Shown here: positions 9,509 through 18,458 of the stretch, piece after piece | Layout: each line of letters opens with the position of its first letter | How positions within the stretch are numbered: position 1 is the stretch's first letter | DNA from: Candidatus Colwellbacteria bacterium | Lineage (GTDB): Bacteria > Patescibacteriota > Minisyncoccia > UBA6257 > Colwellbacteraceae | Assembly (NCBI GenBank): GCA_027448785.1 | Contig: DAIDMW010000002.1 | Coordinates: forward strand, 7,252 to 71,251 | Reading direction: 5' to 3' | Length of the DNA: 64,000 bases | Position numbers and translations under genes: made by a program | Notes under the pieces: generated by a model | Told to the model about the DNA's origin: nothing | Databases searched by the model: none | What the model saw: only the letters and a program-made list of their open reading frames with translations

Positions 9509-9682
9509 TTATTTTAGTTTTGCCTCCTTGTGCGCCGTACGCTTGCGGCAGCTGGAGCAGTATTTGACGTAACCCAGCTTCCTCTCCACCTGCTTCTTGT
9601 TTTTGCGGGTGTAATAGTTCATCTCCCCGCAAACGGAGCACTTCAGCCTTATTAAGTTTTCTGCCGCTTTCGACTGTGCCAT
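9509..9682 (-). CDS. rpmG: 50S ribosomal protein L33
   Basis: Not in the ORF track because it is shorter than 60 aa. Hand translation gives MAQSKAAENLIRLKCSVCGEMNYYTRKNKKQVERKLGYVKYCSSCRKRTAHKEAKLK, which has the L33 zinc-ribbon pattern. Confidence 0.85.
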   Translation of the reverse strand: MAQSKAAENLIRLKCSVCGEMNYYTRKNKKQVERKLGYVKYCSSCRKRTAHKEAKLK

Positions 9683-9740
9683 TTTATTTTTCGTTGATTA
9701 TTTTGCCCTCTTTTACGCCGGTCTCGGCAACGGGACAATG

Positions 9741-9813
9741 AGCCGATGGTCGGAATCGAACCGACGACCTACTCCTTACCATGGAGTCGCTCTGCCTACT
9801 GAGCTACATCGGC
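9741..9813 (-). tRNA. tRNA-Thr (anticodon GGT)
   Basis: Cloverleaf: acceptor gccgatg/catcggc; anticodon stem actcc/ggagt with loop atGGTaa; T-arm gtcgg-ttcgatt-ccgac. Confidence 0.8.
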
Positions 9814-9884
9814 TGGCGCGACATTGACCACTATACTTTGTTTTCTTGCTTTTGAAAACCGCGCTGCGGCCGTCGCTGTATCGG

Positions 9885-9957
9885 AGCCAGCGGTCGGAAT
9901 CGAACCGACGACCTACTGTTTACAAAACAGTTGCTCTGCCGGCTGAGCTACGCTGGC
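9885..9957 (-). tRNA. tRNA-Thr (anticodon TGT)
   Basis: Cloverleaf: acceptor gccagcg/cgctggc; anticodon stem actgt/acagt with loop ttTGTaa. Confidence 0.78.
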
Positions 9958-10002
9958 CTCTCCGCGTCCGCACAGTGGCGGTTAAGCTTTCGGCAAAGTC
10001 TG

Positions 10003-10086
10003 TGGGCAGGGAGGGATTCGAACCCCCGTAGCCGCTAGGGCGCCTGATTTACAGTCAGGTGCAATTGACCGCTCTGCCACCTGCCC
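10003..10086 (-). tRNA. tRNA-Tyr (anticodon GTA), type II with long variable arm
   Basis: Acceptor gggcagg/cctgccc; 3-bp D-stem; anticodon stem cctga/tcagg with loop ctGTAaa; variable arm cgccctagcggctac; T-arm ggggg-ttcgaat-ccctc. Confidence 0.8.
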
Positions 10087-10114
10087 AGCAAACACTAATG
10101 CGAAGCCGAGGAAA

Positions 10115-10378
10115 TTATAGCTTATTGTCGCTATTATTCAACTTCCGGCTGACGATATTGTCCGCCTTGAGTATCGCAACTTTCAGGCGGCGGAGCAGCT
10201 TGTCGTAAGATCGCTTGACCGCTTCGTCTATTTTTTCCAGATACGCGCTTTTGATAAGCCTCTGGCGAACCAGTCCCGATTCCTCATTAGCCTTGACCCT
10301 CGGCAATGCCGAAGCCAAAAGGTAAACCATCACTCCGAAAGCGATGATAAGAACTAGGTTGACGACAAAGCTGTACAT
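10115..10378 (-). CDS. Small membrane-anchored hypothetical protein
   Basis: 87 aa with an N-terminal TM helix and a charged C-terminal tail. No family recognised. Confidence 0.45.
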   Translation of the reverse strand: MYSFVVNLVLIIAFGVMVYLLASALPRVKANEESGLVRQRLIKSAYLEKIDEAVKRSYDKLLRRLKVAILKADNIVSRKLNNSDNKL

Positions 10379-10384
10379 TATGAA

Positions 10385-10831
10385 CTAAAGCTCGTAGCGG
10401 ATGAACCGTTCGATGGTTATATTCTCCCCCACCTTGGCGATAGTCTCTTTGACCAAGTCGCCGATCGTTGTTTTTTCGTTGCGGATGAACGGCTGCTCCA
10501 GAAGAGCCGGCGCGTCAGCTGGATCCATCGCGGCGATCTGCATGGCGATGTTATGCGCCAGCTCGCGGAATGGTTCTGATCGGCCGACAAAGTCGGTTTC
10601 GCAATGTATCTCCAGCATGACTCCAATCCGGTCGTTGTGGACATACGATTCGATGATTCCGGTCGTGGCGGCGCGGCTGGCCTTTTTTTCGGCGATGATA
10701 ACTCCTCGCTCCTTAATCAGTTCCAAAGCACGGTCAAAATCTCCGTTGGCCTCCTCCAGCGCTTTTTTGCAATCCATCACTCCGGCGCTGGTCATCTCCC
10801 TAAGTTTTTGAACGTCGCTAGCTTTGATCAT
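10385..10831 (-). CDS. tsf: Elongation factor Ts (short form, 148 aa)
   Basis: N-terminal UBA-like MIKASDVQKLREMTSAGVMDCKKALEEANGDFDRALELIKERG. Immediately downstream of rpsB, the conserved order. Confidence 0.85.
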   Translation of the reverse strand: MIKASDVQKLREMTSAGVMDCKKALEEANGDFDRALELIKERGVIIAEKKASRAATTGIIESYVHNDRIGVMLEIHCETDFVGRSEPFRELAHNIAMQIAAMDPADAPALLEQPFIRNEKTTIGDLVKETIAKVGENITIERFIRYEL

Positions 10832-10833
10832 TT

Positions 10834-11631
10834 TTATTGTTCGTTTTTTACTTCTTCTTGCTTGGCGGCCGATTCGAACTCCTTTCTGCCCTCCTTGATG
10901 GCGCGGCCGACAACCTCTATTACATTGTCTATCACCTGCACCGACTTGTCATTAACCGGAATGGCATAGTCGGCCAAATCAGGATTGGCGTTGGTGTTCA
11001 CAGTCGCAATGACGGCGACGCCGGCCTTCCTCGCCTCGCGGGCCGCTAGCGTATTATTTTTTAAATCGACTACGAAGGCGATTGTCGGTATCCGGTCGAG
11101 ATAAAAGAGGCCGTGGAAAAACTTGTCCAACCTCTCGAGTTCCTTCATAATGCTAAACCTTTCTTTCTTCGTGTATTTTTCTAGCCGTCCCCCTTCCTGA
11201 TCCTCCTTGAGCTTCCGGAGCTGTGAGATGCGCTGCGAAATGACACGGAAGTTGGTCAGAGTTCCCCCGAGCCACCTCTCGGTGACGTACGGCATCTGCA
11301 ACTCATCCGCCAGGCTCTTTACGGCGTTCTTGGCAGCTGGCGTCGTGCCGACGAAAAGAATGGTTCCGCCGCTCCTGGCTTTAGCTTTAAGAACTTCAGC
11401 GGCCTTATCCAGAGCTTCGACGGTCTTTTCCAAGTCGATAACCTCGACTCCCGAACGGGTCGCGACGATGTAGGGGCGCATCTTCGGATTGGTCCTAGAC
11501 TTGCTTAACCCGTAAAAGGCTCCGATTTCCATCAAGGATTTTATTCTTGCCTCCTCGGCTTCATTCAACTGCCTGGCGGGAGCTTCTTCTACAGCGGCAT
11601 TCTCTACCGCGTCTTCTAATATCTGATCCAT
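10834..11631 (-). CDS. rpsB: 30S ribosomal protein S2
   Basis: 265 aa, S2-like, with an acidic/basic C-terminal extension. Confidence 0.9.
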   Translation of the reverse strand: MDQILEDAVENAAVEEAPARQLNEAEEARIKSLMEIGAFYGLSKSRTNPKMRPYIVATRSGVEVIDLEKTVEALDKAAEVLKAKARSGGTILFVGTTPAAKNAVKSLADELQMPYVTERWLGGTLTNFRVISQRISQLRKLKEDQEGGRLEKYTKKERFSIMKELERLDKFFHGLFYLDRIPTIAFVVDLKNNTLAAREARKAGVAVIATVNTNANPDLADYAIPVNDKSVQVIDNVIEVVGRAIKEGRKEFESAAKQEEVKNEQ

Positions 11632-11648
11632 ACGGGCGAATTATAACT

Positions 11649-12332
11649 TTATTTTGCCTTGTGTTCAAGCCTCCACTTCTCAATCGCTCGGTGGTTGCCT
11701 GAAAGCAACTCCTTGGGCACCAGGTATTTTTTTCCCCTCCGGGTGAAAACCTCGGGCCGAGTGAACACCGGGACCCCTACCCCGTGGCGCATTTCTTCAA
11801 TCGACTCCCCTTTGCCGAGCACTCCCGGCAGGCGTCGCGATACCGCGTCTATAACCGCCATTGCCGGGACCTCGCCGCCGGTCAGAACGTACGGGCCGAT
11901 TGAAATTTCACTCACTTTCCATCCGGATTTTTTCAAAATAGGGACGAGACGGGCGTCGATTCCCTCATAATGGCCGCAGACGAAAATCAGGTGCTTTCGC
12001 CTCCTGGCCCACAAGTCGGCCGTTTTTTGATCGAATTGCTTTCCGCCGGCGGCGAAAACAACGACCTCGGTTTCGCTTTTTTTAGCGCTAGCCCCCAATG
12101 CTTTGGCAACACGATCCATCGCCGATACGAGCGGCTGGAGCATCAAGACCATTCCAGGGCCGCCGCCGTAAGGTCGGTCATCGACTTTCTTGTGCTTGCT
12201 TTCGGAAAATCCGCGCAAATCGTGGAGCCGTATTTTTATCAATTTATTCTTCTCCGCCCGACCGATAATCGACTCCTCCAAGTATCCTTTTATCGAATTC
12301 GGAAAAATGGTTATTACGTCGAAAGTTGTCAT
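11649..12332 (-). CDS. trmD: tRNA (guanine37-N1)-methyltransferase TrmD
   Basis: 227 aa, MTTFDVITIFP...DDRPYGGGPGMVL, the TrmD SPOUT-fold motifs. Confidence 0.9.
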   Translation of the reverse strand: MTTFDVITIFPNSIKGYLEESIIGRAEKNKLIKIRLHDLRGFSESKHKKVDDRPYGGGPGMVLMLQPLVSAMDRVAKALGASAKKSETEVVVFAAGGKQFDQKTADLWARRRKHLIFVCGHYEGIDARLVPILKKSGWKVSEISIGPYVLTGGEVPAMAVIDAVSRRLPGVLGKGESIEEMRHGVGVPVFTRPEVFTRRGKKYLVPKELLSGNHRAIEKWRLEHKAK

Positions 12333-12406
12333 TTTAAATTAAAGAAGCGGCCGCGGCTGCGCAAGATGTATTCAGCCGAGGCCGCCAACGCGCGCTTAGC
12401 CGCTTC

Positions 12407-12727
12407 TTAAGAAGTCGCTCCTCCGTACTCCTCGAAACCGTTCTCTTCGCGCCGATTTTCCGACGGCTTGCGGCCGCCCTCCGGTTCCTCGATCTTCAAA
12501 GTAACGCGAGCGTTGTTCTTAATGCCGACAATTCGTAATAAAGAACGGATCGCTTTCGCGGTGCTGCCGTCTCGGCCAATAACCTGTCCCATGTCCTGCG
12601 GACTTACTTTCAGGGTCAGTAAAACGCCCATTTCGTCTATTTTCCGATCGATCTTGACCTCTTCGGGATGATCAACGATAGACTTAATGATAAATTCAAG
12701 GAACTTCTCGTCAGCTTGATCTGCCAT
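12407..12727 (-). CDS. KH-domain RNA-binding protein (YlqC/UPF0109-like)
   Basis: KH motif VIGRDGSTAKAIRSLL. Sits between rpsP and trmD, as ylqC does in Firmicutes. Confidence 0.7.
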   Translation of the reverse strand: MADQADEKFLEFIIKSIVDHPEEVKIDRKIDEMGVLLTLKVSPQDMGQVIGRDGSTAKAIRSLLRIVGIKNNARVTLKIEEPEGGRKPSENRREENGFEEYGGATS

Positions 12728-12777
12728 GAGTTCTTCTGAGTTTTTTCGACCTTTGAGGCCTCTTATTCAGTAAAGCG

Positions 12778-13044
12778 TTACTCAGCAGCCCCTTTTTGCG
12801 GAGCCGCTTCTTTCTTAGGTTTGAACTTCCGTAAAACCATCTGAGCGGTTAGGGTCGGCTTGGCACCCTGGTTGATCCAGTACCGAGCTCTTTCGAGGTT
12901 GATATCCGAAGAGTTCGTGTGGGGATTGTACCACCCCAGATCCTCGACGAACTTTCCCTGGAGCTTGCTGCGCTTTTCTTGCACAACCAAACGAAAAGAG
13001 CGAGCGTGCTTCTTGCCGACGATTTTCAGTCTTATAGCCAACAT
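12778..13044 (-). CDS. rpsP: 30S ribosomal protein S16
   Basis: 88 aa, MLAIRLKIVGKKHARSFRLVV... Confidence 0.92.
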   Translation of the reverse strand: MLAIRLKIVGKKHARSFRLVVQEKRSKLQGKFVEDLGWYNPHTNSSDINLERARYWINQGAKPTLTAQMVLRKFKPKKEAAPQKGAAE

Positions 13045-13077
13045 GATTTTTCAATTATAGCAATCAGCGGTTCTTTG

Positions 13078-15201
13078 TCAAAGCTTGGCGGAAGTTTGCC
13101 CTTCCGGAGACAGCTTTAGCGAGAGGATGCGTGACGCTCCTTCGGGGGTCATTGTCACTCCGTAGAGGATGTCTGCCGCCTCCATAACAGCGCGATTATG
13201 AGTGACGATTATGAACTGTGTCTTGCGGGCAAACTTCTTGATCATCTCCCCTAAGCGGCGGGCGTTGCGCTCATCGAGGGTCGCGTCGATTTCGTCTAAA
13301 ACCAGGAAGGGCGGCGGACTGACCGAAATGAGGGCGAAGAGCGCGGCGATGGAAACCAAACTCTTCTCCCCGCCGGAAAGCGCTTCGAGGTTCTTGATGC
13401 GCTTCCGCGGCAGATCGATGTCTATCTCCACCCCCGGGACCCGGTCCGCCTCCGCTGCACCATTCTCGCCTAGACCGGTCTCGACTTTCTCCATGCTCAG
13501 ACGTCCGCTGCCTCCGTCAAACATTATCTTCATAAACTTATCGAACTCTTCGTTAATCGATTTGAATGCCGCGGAAAAGTTTTCGTGAATCTGGCCGTCC
13601 AGCTCTTTAATGAGCGTCTTTAGGTCGGCAATCGACTTTTCCAGATCGGAAACCTGGCTCACCAGAAACTCATGCCGAGCCTCTGTCTCCTCCGCCTCTT
13701 TCACCGTCCCTTGGTCGATATCCCCGATCGAGGCTAGTTCCTGACGGTAGCGCAAAATCTGGCGTTTAACCGCCTCGCGCTCCTCTTCCGGAAAACTTCC
13801 GACGCCTTCCTTTACCTCGCCGATGCTGCGCCCAGCCTCGGACAGCTCACGCGCAATCTCCTGGAGGCGAAACTCGAGTCTTTCCTTATTCAAAAGCAAA
13901 CGGTTCAACCGCTGAATGAAGGCCTCGGTTTCCCTTTTCTTCCCCTCAAGCGTCAAAAACGCCTGGCGGAACTTTTCGTTAAAATCACGAATGCCGGAGC
14001 TGAAACCCTCTTCATCTTTTTCCAGCTCAGCCATTCCTTTCTCAAGTTCGGCAATCTTTTCGGCGATAAGCCGTCTTTCTTCTCCGGTATCGGGGATCTC
14101 CTCGCGGCGCTCGTCGGTTTCCCTAAATAGCTCTGACAGCGATTCGAGTTTTCCCCGAACTGCCGCAAAGTCCTCCTCACGCAAGGCTTCGCCGATAAGG
14201 CGCTTAGCCTCGGCCACTATCTCTTTCAATCTGACGACATCGACTCCACCTTGGCGCGCGCCGATTTCCAGCCTCGCCTCGATTCGACCTAATTCTTTCT
14301 GCAACTCGCCTTTCTTGGCCAGTAAATCGTCCTTGCGCAGCTTGATGAATTTCAGCGACTCGGCCGCCGCCGGCTCCGAATTCTTGATACGGATCAACTC
14401 CTCTTCCGATGTTCTCTCTTCTTCTTTCTTCAGAGAGATTTCTCTCTCCACCTCCTGGCGTTCCTTCTCCAGCTCAGACAATTCGCGATTGATGCTCCAA
14501 ACTTGCCCGCCGTAAAAGCGATCTTCCAATTCTGTAAGCGACTGCATTATCGCTTCGCGATTTCGGTAGCGCGTCACCTGGCGCCGTAAAAAGCTAAGAT
14601 GCGGCTTGATCTCTTCGATCAGGGCCGCAGCTTTCTCCAGGTTATCCTCAGAGTTTTTCAGACGGCGTTCGGCTTCGGCTTTCTTCAAACGGAACTCCTT
14701 CAATCCTAGGATCTCTTCTATCATCACTCGGCGCTCCATCGGCAGCGAGCGGATGAAAATGTCGCTCTCCCCCTGATTGACCGTGGTGAGCCCGCGAGCG
14801 CCCAGCCGCGACTTGGCGAAAAAATCGATGATATCCTTCAGCCTGACTTCCGACTTATTTAAAAAAACCTGCGTAGTCCCGTCTCGGCTGATGCGGCGGG
14901 ACACTGAAACCTCATTGAAATCAACCGGAAAGAATCCGGTAGAGTTGTCGAAGAATAGCGTGGCCTGCGCCAGGCCGGCCCGCGACTTGTTCTGAGTGCC
15001 GGCAAAAATCAAATCTTCGGCGCGTCCGCTACGGAGGTTCTTCGCGTCGCGTTCTCCCAAAATCCAACGCAAGGCGTCAGTGATATTAGACTTGCCCGAG
15101 CCGTTCGGCCCGACTACGGCTATTATGTTGCCGTCGAGATCGAGAGTGATTTTATCGGCAAAGGACTTGAATCCCTGCAGCTCAAGGCGTTTAAGAAACA
15201 T
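13078..15201 (-). CDS. smc: SMC-family chromosome segregation ATPase, unusually short (707 aa)
   Basis: N-terminal head FKSFADKITLDLDGNIIAVVGPNGSGKSNITDALRWILGE; C-terminal signature LSGGEKSLVSIAALFA and Walker B LVLDEIDATLD. The middle is coiled-coil-like with no recognisable hinge. It follows rnc, the conserved rnc-smc arrangement. Confidence 0.8.
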   Translation of the reverse strand: MFLKRLELQGFKSFADKITLDLDGNIIAVVGPNGSGKSNITDALRWILGERDAKNLRSGRAEDLIFAGTQNKSRAGLAQATLFFDNSTGFFPVDFNEVSVSRRISRDGTTQVFLNKSEVRLKDIIDFFAKSRLGARGLTTVNQGESDIFIRSLPMERRVMIEEILGLKEFRLKKAEAERRLKNSEDNLEKAAALIEEIKPHLSFLRRQVTRYRNREAIMQSLTELEDRFYGGQVWSINRELSELEKERQEVEREISLKKEEERTSEEELIRIKNSEPAAAESLKFIKLRKDDLLAKKGELQKELGRIEARLEIGARQGGVDVVRLKEIVAEAKRLIGEALREEDFAAVRGKLESLSELFRETDERREEIPDTGEERRLIAEKIAELEKGMAELEKDEEGFSSGIRDFNEKFRQAFLTLEGKKRETEAFIQRLNRLLLNKERLEFRLQEIARELSEAGRSIGEVKEGVGSFPEEEREAVKRQILRYRQELASIGDIDQGTVKEAEETEARHEFLVSQVSDLEKSIADLKTLIKELDGQIHENFSAAFKSINEEFDKFMKIMFDGGSGRLSMEKVETGLGENGAAEADRVPGVEIDIDLPRKRIKNLEALSGGEKSLVSIAALFALISVSPPPFLVLDEIDATLDERNARRLGEMIKKFARKTQFIIVTHNRAVMEAADILYGVTMTPEGASRILSLKLSPEGQTSAKL

Positions 15202-15916
15202 GATTTTCGCTCTTCAATTCCATCAAAGCTTTTTCGGCGGCGCTGATCTCCGCTTCTTGTTTCGAACCTCCCTCGCCTTCGGACTGTAGCTCTTCTCCGA
15301 AGTACAATCCAACTTTAAACACCCTTTCGTGCGCCGGCCCACTTTCGGAAATCACTTTGTATGTCGGCGTAAGCTTCAACTTCTCCTGAGCGATCTCCTG
15401 CACCAAGCTCTTCGGATCCTTTCCGCCAGAACGCAAAACCTCTTCAATGTTGGGAAAAATGAATTTGGCGATGAACTGCTTGGCCGCGGCGAATCCGGCG
15501 TCCAGATAGACGGCGCCGATGATAGCCTCGACGGCATCTGCCATGATAGACTCGTGTCCCTTGGCTTTGCCGAACTCTTTCGCCTCCCCCTTCGAAACCA
15601 AAAGCTTGCCAGCCAAGCCAATCTGCTCAGCAACGCGCCCGAGCATCTTATAATTGACGAGCGCCGCGCGATAGGCGGTAAGTTCCCCCTCCTCTTTGTC
15701 GGGCAAAAGCTTGAAAAGCTCTTCGGTAACGACAAGCTCCAGCACCGCATCGCCCAAGAACTCCAAGCGCTCATTGTTGTCGTACTGCCAGCCGGGGTTT
15801 TCGTTAAGATAGGAGCGGTGCGTCAGCGCTTCCTGCAGCAGATCTTTATTATGAAAATCGGTTCCGATTTCCTTCTCCAGCTCACTCAAAAGATTCATCT
15901 TTTTTCTCAGAAACAT
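15191..15916 (-). CDS. rnc: Ribonuclease III
   Basis: 241 aa, RNase III signature [15 protein letters not shown], plus a C-terminal dsRBD. Confidence 0.92.
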   Translation of the reverse strand: MFLRKKMNLLSELEKEIGTDFHNKDLLQEALTHRSYLNENPGWQYDNNERLEFLGDAVLELVVTEELFKLLPDKEEGELTAYRAALVNYKMLGRVAEQIGLAGKLLVSKGEAKEFGKAKGHESIMADAVEAIIGAVYLDAGFAAAKQFIAKFIFPNIEEVLRSGGKDPKSLVQEIAQEKLKLTPTYKVISESGPAHERVFKVGLYFGEELQSEGEGGSKQEAEISAAEKALMELKSENHVS

Positions 15917-16382
15917 TGTTATCCGGACTGCCCACAGGCGGGGTTTTCACGTCCGCGTTCGGATCGATCTGTCGGTAAATAGTGCCCAAGACCCCGTTGA
16001 TGAATTTGCTAGAGTTCTGCCCCCCGTAAGTTTTGGCCAACTCCACAGCTTCATTGATCGCCACCCTCGGCGGAACGTCCATCGTCTTCCCATAAATAAG
16101 CTCGTAAAGCCCGATGCGCAAAATATTGCGATCGATAAGTGAAAGTTTCTCCACCGGCCAATCCGGAGCGGCCATGCCGATTATCTTATTCAATTCATCA
16201 AACTTCCCCTGCACCCCTTCGGTCAGGGAGTAAACGTATTTAAAGTCCCGATCTTCGAACCCGGGTCCGAATTCGGCAACATTGCGATCGACTACCGCTT
16301 TTAACTCCTCCTGTCGATCGTAAAAATCCCATTCGTAGAGAGACTGCAAAACCAGTGATCTTCCTAGCGCTCGCGAAGCCAT
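15882..16382 (-). CDS. nusB: Transcription antitermination factor NusB
   Basis: 166 aa, NusB fold with a C-terminal extension. Confidence 0.8.
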   Translation of the reverse strand: MASRALGRSLVLQSLYEWDFYDRQEELKAVVDRNVAEFGPGFEDRDFKYVYSLTEGVQGKFDELNKIIGMAAPDWPVEKLSLIDRNILRIGLYELIYGKTMDVPPRVAINEAVELAKTYGGQNSSKFINGVLGTIYRQIDPNADVKTPPVGSPDNNVSEKKDESFE

Positions 16383-16443
16383 GAGTTTTATTTTTTTATA
16401 GGTTCTGGTGTTAACGAGTCTGATTAAAGCTTGCTTTAACTCC

Positions 16444-16604
16444 TATTTTTCCGCGGACGAATAATAGCCGCAATGCCGGCAAGCGCGGTGCGGAAGCATC
16501 GGGAACTTGCATTTCGGACACTCCGACAGATTGGTCGGTTTGAGCGCCAGATGGCTGCGCCTTCTCCCCACTTTGGAAACGCTGTGATGGCTTGATCTTC
16601 CCAT
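16444..16604 (-). CDS. rpmF: 50S ribosomal protein L32, with an apparent 1-nt frameshift in this sequence
   Basis: From the ATG at 16604 the frame reads [14 protein letters not shown]. The L32 zinc-ribbon body [39 protein letters not shown] is in the +2 frame. Adding one G near 16558-16562 restores a canonical ...[11 protein letters not shown]... L32. Confidence 0.6.
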
Positions 16605-16737
16605 AGTTTTTAATCGATTAACGTTTTATGAGTATAGTTTTTGCCGGAGAAAAGTCAACTCGCCGGCCGCGCCACTGCCCTTATAATCAACAAGGCCGGC
16701 TGGACCTTATCCAGCCGGCTCTTTTTTTCGTAGTTAG

Positions 16738-16944
16738 TTAGTCGAACCTGTTTTCAGCGACGTGGCGCTTGATCTCTTCGGATAACAGTTTGACATGGCT
16801 TTCGTAGTCGGCCTCCAGCTTAGCCCAGAGGGCGCTGCAGTGCGAACAGCCGCTGGCAGTCTTAGCATAATCCTTCATCCGCCAGAGGCTGTCGGAGATC
16901 TCGGACATCTGGTGAACTAAATCGTGGTTCCAATCTTTAAGCAT
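16738..16944 (-). CDS. Hypothetical small protein (68 aa, CxHC motif)
   Basis: Isolated ORF between rpmF and palindromic repeat R2. No family recognised. Confidence 0.4.
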   Translation of the reverse strand: MLKDWNHDLVHQMSEISDSLWRMKDYAKTASGCSHCSALWAKLEADYESHVKLLSEEIKRHVAENRFD

Positions 16945-16978
16945 GAGAACATAATTGATTCGTTCGACCTTTAACTAA

Positions 16979-17199
16979 GTATAGCGCAAAGGAAGCGTAA
17001 AGATAAAAGCGCAAAGCGCAAAAGAACGAAAATTCTAAATCTGAAATACTAAATCTGAAACAAATTCGAAATTGTAAATAAGAAATCACAAACACGGACG
17101 TGTTTAGGAAGCGCAAAACTAAAAACTAAAAGCGAAAAACAACAATAGATCGTCAGTTGTTAATTCTTTTGCATTTTGCGCTTTTAGGTTTGCGCTTAT
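16979..17199. repeat. Modular palindromic intergenic repeat, copy R2
   Basis: Left arm aaagataaaagcgcaaagcgcaaaag...; right arm cttttgcattttgcgcttttaggtttgcgc. Inner motifs gaaacaaattcgaaatt and cacaaacacggacgtgtttagga are shared with R4 and R10. Confidence 0.8.
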
Positions 17200-18458
17200 T
17201 GTGGCTTCTCGGTGTTGTAAATGTCCTGGATCTGCGTGGAAGTCAGAGCAGCGTCAAATAATTTAGCCCTATCCAGCTCGCCACTCCAGAACTCGTGATA
17301 GCTCCCATAAAAATCGGCGCCGAAAGCAAGTGGATTAGTAGAACTATAGTTGATTGTCCCGCCGGGTAATGCGCCTTGCGCAACCAAGTTGCCGTTAACA
17401 TACAAGTATTGACCCGTCTCGGTAACGACATACGCTATAAAAGTCCAAGAGTTGAACGGAACGACATAAGAGGAATCGCCAATCCATTGCCATCCTCCAT
17501 TGGTAAAACTGACGCTCGCTCCAGGATTACAAGAAGGATTGAGCAGGATCCTCGGTCCCGGGTCGGCGGCCATTATATACATCCCCTCATTGCTTCCGCA
17601 GGAAGTTACCGGATCGATCCAAATAGTTTCGCTTAGCGGAGGGTTTATTTGGGTAGAGGTTGGTAGACTTATATAATCGTCGGTTCCGTCAAAAAGATAA
17701 CAATACCCTTTTACGCACCCTTGAACCTTATGAAACGGACCCGTACCCGTTGATGTCGCGTCACCTAAAATTCCATTATTATTTAAGCCAGACGAATCAA
17801 CCGTTACCGCTCCGACTCCAGACGCAAGATTATCAAACTCCCAACTACCAACTAAACCGTGTAAAAACGGCGTAAGCGCCAAGTCGTTGCCAACTTCATA
17901 AGTGGTCGGATCGACGCCGCCGTCAGCGGCGGCCGTCGCCTGGTACTTATTTGACTCAAAATAAGCCGTTAACTCGTAATTAGTGCCGTTGGTCGCGTAA
18001 GTATAATACTCTCCGCCGGTCGGCGAGTTTGTCGGATCGACCGGCAAAGCCGAGATCGGCGAACCGCCCGGAATTTGCGAGAGGTTGACCGGCATCCAGC
18101 CTGTGCCGTTCGTATTGAATAAGTTTTGCTGCGAAACGCAGTTGTAGGTCCAGCCCGTCGGTAGCGCCGGCAAACCTAAAGAGGAACAGGTCGAGGTCTG
18201 GCTGCCGGTCAGAGTCGGGTCGGGCAAGGAGACATAAACGACATCCGGCGATCCCAAACCCGTAGCGCCGGGGCCTTGGTAGATATACGAAGCGACAGCC
18301 TGGTTAATGGAACCTAAATCCCCTATCCGGCGCACGTCGCGCCCCTGTGCCAAAAGCTGCGCCGGATTTATCACCAAAACGACCGTCGCCGCCATAATGC
18401 CGATGAGAGTTATCGTTATCAAAAGCTCGACGAGAGTAAAAGAGTCTTGTGACCTCAT
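17196..18458 (-). CDS. Type IV pilin-like protein with a C-terminal LamG/concanavalin-like jelly-roll domain
   Basis: N-terminal prepilin-like segment SFTLVELLITITLIGIMAA. The C-terminal 200 aa (LVGSWEFDNL...GNGILGDA...FDGTDDYISLP...WTFIAYV...LYVNG...) is a LamG-like pattern. Lies outside the main pil cluster. Confidence 0.65.
   Translation of the reverse strand: MRSQDSFTLVELLITITLIGIMAATVVLVINPAQLLAQGRDVRRIGDLGSINQAVASYIYQGPGATGLGSPDVVYVSLPDPTLTGSQTSTCSSLGLPALPTGWTYNCVSQQNLFNTNGTGWMPVNLSQIPGGSPISALPVDPTNSPTGGEYYTYATNGTNYELTAYFESNKYQATAAADGGVDPTTYEVGNDLALTPFLHGLVGSWEFDNLASGVGAVTVDSSGLNNNGILGDATSTGTGPFHKVQGCVKGYCYLFDGTDDYISLPTSTQINPPLSETIWIDPVTSCGSNEGMYIMAADPGPRILLNPSCNPGASVSFTNGGWQWIGDSSYVVPFNSWTFIAYVVTETGQYLYVNGNLVAQGALPGGTINYSSTNPLAFGADFYGSYHEFWSGELDRAKLFDAALTSTQIQDIYNTEKPQ

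Noticed and set aside
13202-15982. Plus-strand ORFs of 100-240 aa (e.g. 13916-14515, 15329-15982, 14996-15289)
   Set aside because: They lie entirely antisense within smc, rnc and nusB. Their composition is low-complexity (Ser/Arg-rich), typical of shadow ORFs opposite GC-biased codon positions.
16693-16730. Plus-strand intrinsic terminator (ccggctgga-cctta-tccagccgg + ctcttttttt) between rpmF and the 68-aa gene
   Set aside because: It is a hairpin plus T-run on the plus strand in a region with only minus-strand genes. It could end an antisense or read-in transcript or act bidirectionally. Left out of features because strand and function are ambiguous.
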